Below, one piece after another: positions 38,650-44,122 of a stretch of 44,122 bases of DNA. Position 1 is the first letter of the stretch. Every line of letters begins with the position of its first letter. Under the pieces are notes generated by a model that was given only the letters and a program-made list of their open reading frames with translations, was not told the DNA's origin and searched no databases. The DNA is taken from positions 1 to 44,122 of the forward strand of contig JACPCH010000031.1 of NCBI GenBank assembly GCA_016179875.1, given 5' to 3'. Made by a program: the position numbers and the translations under genes. The stretch comes from Candidatus Rokuibacteriota bacterium. GTDB lineage: Bacteria > Methylomirabilota > Methylomirabilia > Rokubacteriales > CSP1-6.

Positions 38650-39149
38650 CGGAGCGAACGATCCGGCTCAGCGTGAACGGACGGGAGTACGAGCGCCGGG
38701 TGGCCGTGCGCTGGACGCTCGCCGACTTCCTGCGCGACGAGCTCGGCCTCACCGGCACCCACCTCGGCTGCGAGCACGGCGTCTGCGGCGCCTGCACCGT
38801 CGTGATGAACGGCGCTGCCGTGCGCTCCTGCCTCCTCCTCGCCGTCCAGGCGCAGGGCGCCGAGATCCGGACGGTGGAGGGGCTCGCCGACGGCGACACG
38901 CTCCACCCGCTGCAGGAGGCGTTCTGGGAGCATCACGGGCTCCAGTGCGGCTTCTGCACGCCGGGGATCCTCATGAGCTTCGCCTGCTTCCTCGAGGAGC
39001 ACCCCGCGCCCTCCGACGCCGAGATCCGCGAGGCGCTCGCCGGGAACCTCTGCCGCTGCACCGGCTACGTGAACATCGAGCGTGCGGTGCGGGCGGCGGT
39101 GACGAAGCTGGCCGGCGGGCGCGCGGGGGCGGGGCCGACGGGCGCGTGA
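38646..39149 (+). CDS. Molybdenum hydroxylase 2x[2Fe-2S] subunit 3
   Basis: [12 protein letters not shown]...[18 protein letters not shown]. Confidence 0.95.
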   Translation: MTERTIRLSVNGREYERRVAVRWTLADFLRDELGLTGTHLGCEHGVCGACTVVMNGAAVRSCLLLAVQAQGAEIRTVEGLADGDTLHPLQEAFWEHHGLQCGFCTPGILMSFACFLEEHPAPSDAEIREALAGNLCRCTGYVNIERAVRAAVTKLAGGRAGAGPTGA

Positions 39150-41464
39150 GCCGCTACGTCGGCCAGCCGGTCCGGCGCAAGGAGGACCCGCGGCTCCTCA
39201 CAGGGTCCGGCCGGTACGTGGGCGACGTCCGCCTCGGCGGCCTGCTCCACGCCGCAATCTTCCGGAGCCCGCTCCCTCACGCGCGCATCGTGAGGGTCGA
39301 CGGGAGCCGGGCGCGGGCCTTGCCCGGCGTGATCGCCGTCTTCGCGCCGGGCGATCTCGGGGAGGTCGCCCCGATCCCGACGACGCTCGCGCCGCGCCCG
39401 GCGCTCAAGGCCTGCTTCCAGCCGCCGATGCCGCGGGACCGCGTCCGCTACGTCGGCGAGCCCCTCGCCGTCGTGGTGGCCACCGACCGCTACGTGGCGG
39501 AGGACGCGCTCGAGCTGATCGACGCCGAGCTGGAGTCGCTGCCCGTCGTCGCCGACGCGCGCCGCGGCCTCGCGCCGGAGGCACCGATCCTCCACGAGGC
39601 GCTCGGGACCAACCTGGCCGACCGCATCGTGATGAGCCGCGGCGACGTCGAGCGCGCGCTGCGAGAGGCGCCCCGGCGCATCCGCGGCGCGTTCGCGGTC
39701 CAGCGCCACACCGGCGTCCCCATGGAGGGGCGGGGCCTCCTCGCCGCCTTCGACCGGGGCACCGGCGTCCTCACCGTGTGGGGCCCGACCAAGATGGTCC
39801 ATCGCAACCGCTCGATCCTGGCCGATCTCCTGGGCTACCCCGAGCACCTGATCCGGTTCATCGAGACGGACGTCGGCGGCGGATTCGGCCTGCGCGGGGA
39901 GTTCTACCCCGAGGACTTCCTGATCCCGTGGGCGGCCATGCGGCTCCCCGCGCCCGTCCGCTGGCTCGAGGACCGCCGCGAGCACTTCCTCGCCACCAAC
40001 CACTCCCGGCAGCAGTGGCACGAGGTCGAGATGGGCGTCGCGCCCGACGGCGCCATCCTGGCCTTCACCGACCAGGCGCTCGTCGACATGGGCGCCTACG
40101 TCCGCCCCAACGGCTTCGTCGCCCCCGATCGCACCGCGGCCTTCCTGCCGGGACCTTACCGGATCGAGCACTACGCGTTCGAGATCGCGTGCGTCTTCTC
40201 CAACAAGACGCCCGTCGGCTCCTATCGCGGGCCGGGCCGGGTGGAGAGCACGTTCGTCCGAGAGCGGCTCATCGACCTCGTCGCCCGCGAGCTCGGCCTG
40301 GACCCGGTGGACGTCCGCCGCCGCAACTTCATCGAGGCGGGAGCGATGCCGTACGCGGTCGGCACCACCGCGCACGGCCGGCCCGTCGTCTACGACAGCG
40401 GCGACTATCGCGCCGCATTCGAGGCCGCGCTCCGCGAGCTGGATCTCGAGGCCGCGCGCAAGCGCCAGGCCGAGGCGCGACGGCAGGGCCGCTACCTGGG
40501 GATCGGGTTCGCCTGCGTCGTCGACTCCTCCGGCGTGGGGCCCTGGGAGAGCGCGCGGGTGGTGGTGGATCGGACCGGCCAGGTCGTCGTCTACTCGGGC
40601 ACGGCCGGGCTCGGCCAGGGCATCGAGACGACCCTGGCCCAGGTCTGCGCCGACGCCCTCGGCGCCCGGCTCGAGGACGTCACCGTGGTCCACGGCGACA
40701 CCGGCCTCATCCCGTTCGGCATCGGCTCCTTCGGGAGCCGTGCCGCCGTCGTCGGCGGGAGCGCGGTGTTCGAGGCGGCGCGGAAGGTGAGGGAGAAGGC
40801 CGTCCGCATCGCGGCGCGGCTCCTCGAGGCCGACCCCGGCGACCTGGTCCTGGAGGACGGCCGGGTGACCGTCCGCGGGGTGCCGGACCGGGCGCTCACG
40901 CTTCGCGATCTGGCGCGGGCGGCGCTGCCGGGCCAGCCGCTCCCGGCGGGGATGGAGCCGGGGCTCGAGGCCACGCACTACTTCCACATCACGGACGTGA
41001 CCTATCCGTACGGGATGGACGCAGCGCTGGTCGAGGTCGATCCGGAGACGGGCATGGTGCGCGTCCTCAAGTACGTGATCGTCGCCGACGTGGGGCGGAT
41101 GATCAACCCGCTGATCGTCGACGGCCAGATGGTCGGGGGGATGGTGCAGGGGCTGGGGGCGGCGCTCCTGGAGGAGCTCGCCTACGACGAGGGGGGCCAG
41201 CTCCTCACCACGACCTTCATGGACTACCTCTTGCCCACCGCCGCCGAGCTCCCCGCCGAGGTCGTGGTCCGCGTGACCGAGGCCGCGCCCTCGCCCGGGA
41301 ACCCGCTCGGCGTGAAGGGCGCGGGTGAGGGCGGCATCATCGCCGTGCCGGCGGCGGTCGCCAACGCCGTCGAGGACGCCCTGGCGCCGTTCGGCGTCAC
41401 GGTGACCGCGCTGCCGCTCAGCCCCGACCGCGTCCTCGGGCTCGTGCGCGCTAGTCGCCGATGA
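39146..41464 (+). CDS. Xanthine-oxidase-family molybdopterin-binding large subunit L4, paralog of L3
   Basis: GTG start overlapping the upstream stop; RHTGVPME, WGPTKMVH, loop SYRGPGRVE, GSFGSR, KGAGEGG. Confidence 0.95.
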   Translation: MSRYVGQPVRRKEDPRLLTGSGRYVGDVRLGGLLHAAIFRSPLPHARIVRVDGSRARALPGVIAVFAPGDLGEVAPIPTTLAPRPALKACFQPPMPRDRVRYVGEPLAVVVATDRYVAEDALELIDAELESLPVVADARRGLAPEAPILHEALGTNLADRIVMSRGDVERALREAPRRIRGAFAVQRHTGVPMEGRGLLAAFDRGTGVLTVWGPTKMVHRNRSILADLLGYPEHLIRFIETDVGGGFGLRGEFYPEDFLIPWAAMRLPAPVRWLEDRREHFLATNHSRQQWHEVEMGVAPDGAILAFTDQALVDMGAYVRPNGFVAPDRTAAFLPGPYRIEHYAFEIACVFSNKTPVGSYRGPGRVESTFVRERLIDLVARELGLDPVDVRRRNFIEAGAMPYAVGTTAHGRPVVYDSGDYRAAFEAALRELDLEAARKRQAEARRQGRYLGIGFACVVDSSGVGPWESARVVVDRTGQVVVYSGTAGLGQGIETTLAQVCADALGARLEDVTVVHGDTGLIPFGIGSFGSRAAVVGGSAVFEAARKVREKAVRIAARLLEADPGDLVLEDGRVTVRGVPDRALTLRDLARAALPGQPLPAGMEPGLEATHYFHITDVTYPYGMDAALVEVDPETGMVRVLKYVIVADVGRMINPLIVDGQMVGGMVQGLGAALLEELAYDEGGQLLTTTFMDYLLPTAAELPAEVVVRVTEAAPSPGNPLGVKGAGEGGIIAVPAAVANAVEDALAPFGVTVTALPLSPDRVLGLVRASRR

Positions 41465-42953
41465 TCTGCGCGAGGGCGCGCTCGAGCTCGGCGCGCGCCG
41501 CGGCGAGCGGGGCCTGGCGCGCCTCGAGCCGCGCGCGATCGGCCGCGACCTGGCTCGCCGCCCGCCCGATTGCCTCGCGCACCGTGTCGGGCGCGGGACC
41601 GCCGAGGTGGCGCCGGCGGCCGACGCTGGCCTCGGGATCGAGCGCGTCGCGCACCGTGGCCTCGTCGAGCGCAATCGGCCGCCCGGCTCGCGCGCCGGCC
41701 ACGGCGTTGACCCGGTCGGCGTGGATCGACTCCGGGCCGTGGCCGACGTCCACCGCCTCCCGCACCAGGACCGCGCAGATCTCGTGCGCCACCCGGAAGG
41801 GCAGGTCACATTCGCGGACGAGGGCGTCGGCGAGGTCGGTGACGGTGGAGAAATCCGCGGCGGCGCGGGCCCGGCCGACGTCGGGACGGAAGCTGATCGC
41901 GTCGAGGACGGCCGTGATGAGGGCGAGCATCACGCCGAGCGCCCGCTCGGCCTCCCCGAGCGGCGCCACCACTTCCACCGAGGTGTCGCGCGAGTGCATG
42001 AAGTGGGTGCCCTTGGTCGCCGTCAGCGCCGCCGCCAGCGCGCCCACCACCGCGCCCGCCCGCCCCTTGACGTGCTCGATCGCCGCCGCGTTCTTCTTCT
42101 GCGGCATGATGCTGCTGGCGATGGCGACCGCCCCGCTCACGTCCGCGTAGCCCAGCTCGGTGGAGGACCAGAGGTAGAGGTCCTCGGCCAGGCGCGCGAG
42201 CATCAGCGCGAGCCCCGCGAAGCCGCTCAGGATCTCGAGCACGTAGTCGCGCGAGGCCACCGCGTCGAGCGCGTTGGCCAGGGGGCGGGCGAAGCCGAGG
42301 AGCCGGGCCATGAGCTCGCGGTCGATCGAGAAGGACGTGCCGGCCAGGGCGCCGGCGCCCAGCGGGCACAGGTCGACGCGCGCGTGGGCATCCCAGAGCC
42401 GCTCCCAGTCCCGCGCGACCGCCCGCTCCACGCCGGCGAGGTAGAACCCGATGGTGATCGGCTGCGCCGGCTGGAGGTGCGTGTAGCCCGGGATGATCGT
42501 CTCCGCGTGCCGGCCGGCCAGCGCCAGGAGGCGCTCGCGGAGGTCGAGGATCGACGCCGCGGTCCACCCGAGCAGCGCGCGCGCGTTCATGCGCGCCACC
42601 GTGGCCCCGAGATCGTTCCGGCTCCGGCCGAGGTGTATGCGCCCGGCCGCGTCCTCGCCCACCGCCTCCCGCACCGCGAATTCCAGATTCGCATAGAGGT
42701 CCTCGCGGGCAGGGTCGAGCCGTTCGGGAGCGAGGCCCTCGCGCTCGATCCGGCGCAGCGCGCTCCCAACCAGCCGCGCCGCCTCCGGCTGGATCAGCCC
42801 CTGCCGGTGCAGCATGACCAGGTGGGCCTTGCTCGCGTCGATCAGGGCGCCGAGCGACGATGCCGCATCGGCGACGAGGCGCGGCCCGAGCACGGTGTCG
42901 ATGAACGCCTGACCAAGGGCCTCCCGCACGCGCTCACGCACGGCGGCTATCAT
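41451..42953 (-). CDS. argH: Argininosuccinate-lyase-like C-N lyase (fumarase/aspartase superfamily), divergent
   Basis: HLGRSRNDL, PGYTHLQPAQP, PLGAGALAG, signature SSIMPQKKN. ATG at 42953 gives 500 aa; converges on L4 with a 14-nt overlap. Confidence 0.85.
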   Translation of the reverse strand: MIAAVRERVREALGQAFIDTVLGPRLVADAASSLGALIDASKAHLVMLHRQGLIQPEAARLVGSALRRIEREGLAPERLDPAREDLYANLEFAVREAVGEDAAGRIHLGRSRNDLGATVARMNARALLGWTAASILDLRERLLALAGRHAETIIPGYTHLQPAQPITIGFYLAGVERAVARDWERLWDAHARVDLCPLGAGALAGTSFSIDRELMARLLGFARPLANALDAVASRDYVLEILSGFAGLALMLARLAEDLYLWSSTELGYADVSGAVAIASSIMPQKKNAAAIEHVKGRAGAVVGALAAALTATKGTHFMHSRDTSVEVVAPLGEAERALGVMLALITAVLDAISFRPDVGRARAAADFSTVTDLADALVRECDLPFRVAHEICAVLVREAVDVGHGPESIHADRVNAVAGARAGRPIALDEATVRDALDPEASVGRRRHLGGPAPDTVREAIGRAASQVAADRARLEARQAPLAAARAELERALAQIIGD

Positions 42954-43025
42954 AACCGCGATCCGATTGCTCAGGTCGCGCCCCCCCTTGACACGGCCCC
43001 ACACCGGCCAGGACGGTGCGCCACG

Positions 43026-43177
43026 ATGATTCCGGCCGCCTTCGAATATCACGCTCCGGGTTCGATCGGCGAGGCGACCGCGCTGCTGGCGAGGCTCGGT
43101 GAAGACGCCAAGGTCCTCTCGGGAACTCCGTCTCGCCGGCCCGCGCGACCTCGTCGACATCAACCGGATTCCTGGCC
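43026..43177 (+). pseudogene. 5' remnant of a CoxM/CutM-like FAD subunit gene
   Basis: MIPAAFEYHAPGSIGEATALLARLGEDAKVLSG, then a frameshifting deletion removes GQSLxPxM, resuming as LRLAGPRDLVDINRIPG before similarity ends. TTGACA at 42988 upstream. Confidence 0.85.
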
Positions 43178-43306
43178 ATCTTGTCAAACGGCCTTTTTCC
43201 TGCTCGCGGCGGCTCTCAGGCGTCGGCACCGCCGTGGTCCGTGCGTCGCTCGCGCTCGGGAGCGTGACCTCCGGAGTTGCGCTTCGAGCGCCGGCGCGTC
43301 GATGCA

Positions 43307-43338
43307 GGTGGACGCGGAGTGCCGCCTGGTGCCGCTTG
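43307..43338 (+). repeat. Direct repeat copy B (matches 3503-3534)
   Basis: GGTGGACGCGGAGTGCCGCCTGGTGCCGCTTG, 30/32 identical to copy A. Confidence 0.85.
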
Positions 43339-43443
43339 GTCAGAGGAGAATCGGCCAAATTACCGGGATTTTGAGTGGGCGGTTCTTTGGACGAATGGTC
43401 TATCTTGTGCGGTGGGGCGCGAGAGGCCCCCGGGGAGGATCGC

Positions 43444-44122
43444 ATGGACCGTCGAGGGTTTCTCTTCACCGGGCTGGCGCTCGCGGGCCGGCCGCGCGAG
43501 GCGAGGGGGCAGGCGGACCCGAGCCGCCGCCCGCTGAAGATCGGGATGGTCGGCGCCGGACGGGAGGGCGGCGCGCTCGGCACGCTGTTCGTCAAGGCCG
43601 GCCACCCGGTGTTGTTCTCGTCGCGCCATCCTGAGCGGCTGAAAGATCTCGTCGCCGGCCTCGGGCCGCTCGCGCAGGCCGGCACGGTCGAGCAGGCGAT
43701 CGCCTTCGGCGACGTCGTGGCGATCGTCGTTCCCTACACCGCGATCGAGGGGATCGGCAAGGCTCATGCGAGCGCCCTCGCCGCGAAGGTGCTGGTGATG
43801 GACGTGAGCAATCCGATCGCGCGGCGCGACGGCAACGAAATCGTCAAATGGGTCGCCGAGCAAGGGGGGGCCGGGCTGGCATCGTCCAGGTTGCTGCCGG
43901 GCGCGCGCATCGTCCGCGCGTTCAACGCGATCGGCTCTGGAAGGCTGGCCGCGCTTGCGCATCGGGCGGGCGACCCGGTCGGCGTGCCGATCGCGGGAGA
44001 CGACCCGAAGGCGATCGCGGTCGCCGAGAATCTCATTCGCGGGATCGGGTTCGAGCCCGTGCTCGTCGGCGGGCTGGCCATGGGCAAGCACCTGGTGCCC
44101 GGAACGCCGCTCGGAGGCGAGC
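43444..44122 (+). CDS. F420_oxidored-family NAD(P)-binding oxidoreductase (F420:NADPH oxidoreductase-like) with a twin-arginine motif; runs off the window
   Basis: Not in the ORF track because it has no stop. MDRRGFL...LKIGMVGAGREGGALG...FSSRHPE...DVSNP...IVRAFNAI...IAGDD...GFEPVLVGGL; RBS GGGGAGG. Confidence 0.9.
   Translation, partial: MDRRGFLFTGLALAGRPREARGQADPSRRPLKIGMVGAGREGGALGTLFVKAGHPVLFSSRHPERLKDLVAGLGPLAQAGTVEQAIAFGDVVAIVVPYTAIEGIGKAHASALAAKVLVMDVSNPIARRDGNEIVKWVAEQGGAGLASSRLLPGARIVRAFNAIGSGRLAALAHRAGDPVGVPIAGDDPKAIAVAENLIRGIGFEPVLVGGLAMGKHLVPGTPLGGE

Noticed and set aside
42954-43685. N-terminal 244 aa of the 744-aa ORF 41451-43685
   Set aside because: Low-complexity read-through overlapping the coxM remnant, the repeat and the plus-strand oxidoreductase. 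Lyase similarity starts near ATG 42953.

Overview
High-GC bacterial DNA (roughly 70% GC by eye; gene style suggests a soil lineage such as Rokubacteria/Methylomirabilota, which is inference only). The core is a ~37 kb, 35-gene, single-strand (+) catabolic cluster (4185-41464) behind an AT-rich promoter and a GntR/UTRA regulator. It encodes four xanthine-oxidase-family molybdenum hydroxylase large subunits with three FAD and three 2Fe-2S subunits plus CoxG, a family III CoA-transferase, a split B12-dependent acyl-CoA mutase with a heavily remodelled active site, a dihydropyrimidinase/hydantoinase, an atypical cytosine-deaminase-like enzyme, a CMD/AhpD-like protein, two tandem luciferase-like oxidoreductases, an amidohydrolase-2 decarboxylase and three ABC importers. 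A convergent argininosuccinate-lyase-like gene closes it. The gene set echoes the anaerobic indole-3-acetate (iaa) pathway logic but does not match it, and looks like an undescribed N-heterocycle degradation system. Both flanks hold gene debris (amidase, MFS, J-domain, IS4 transposase and coxM fragments) and share a 30/32 bp direct repeat (3503-3534 and 43307-43338) resembling a relic integrative-element att arm. Six gene junctions are bridged by mini-ORFs that overlap both the upstream stop and the downstream start. No rRNA, intact tRNA or CRISPR array was seen.
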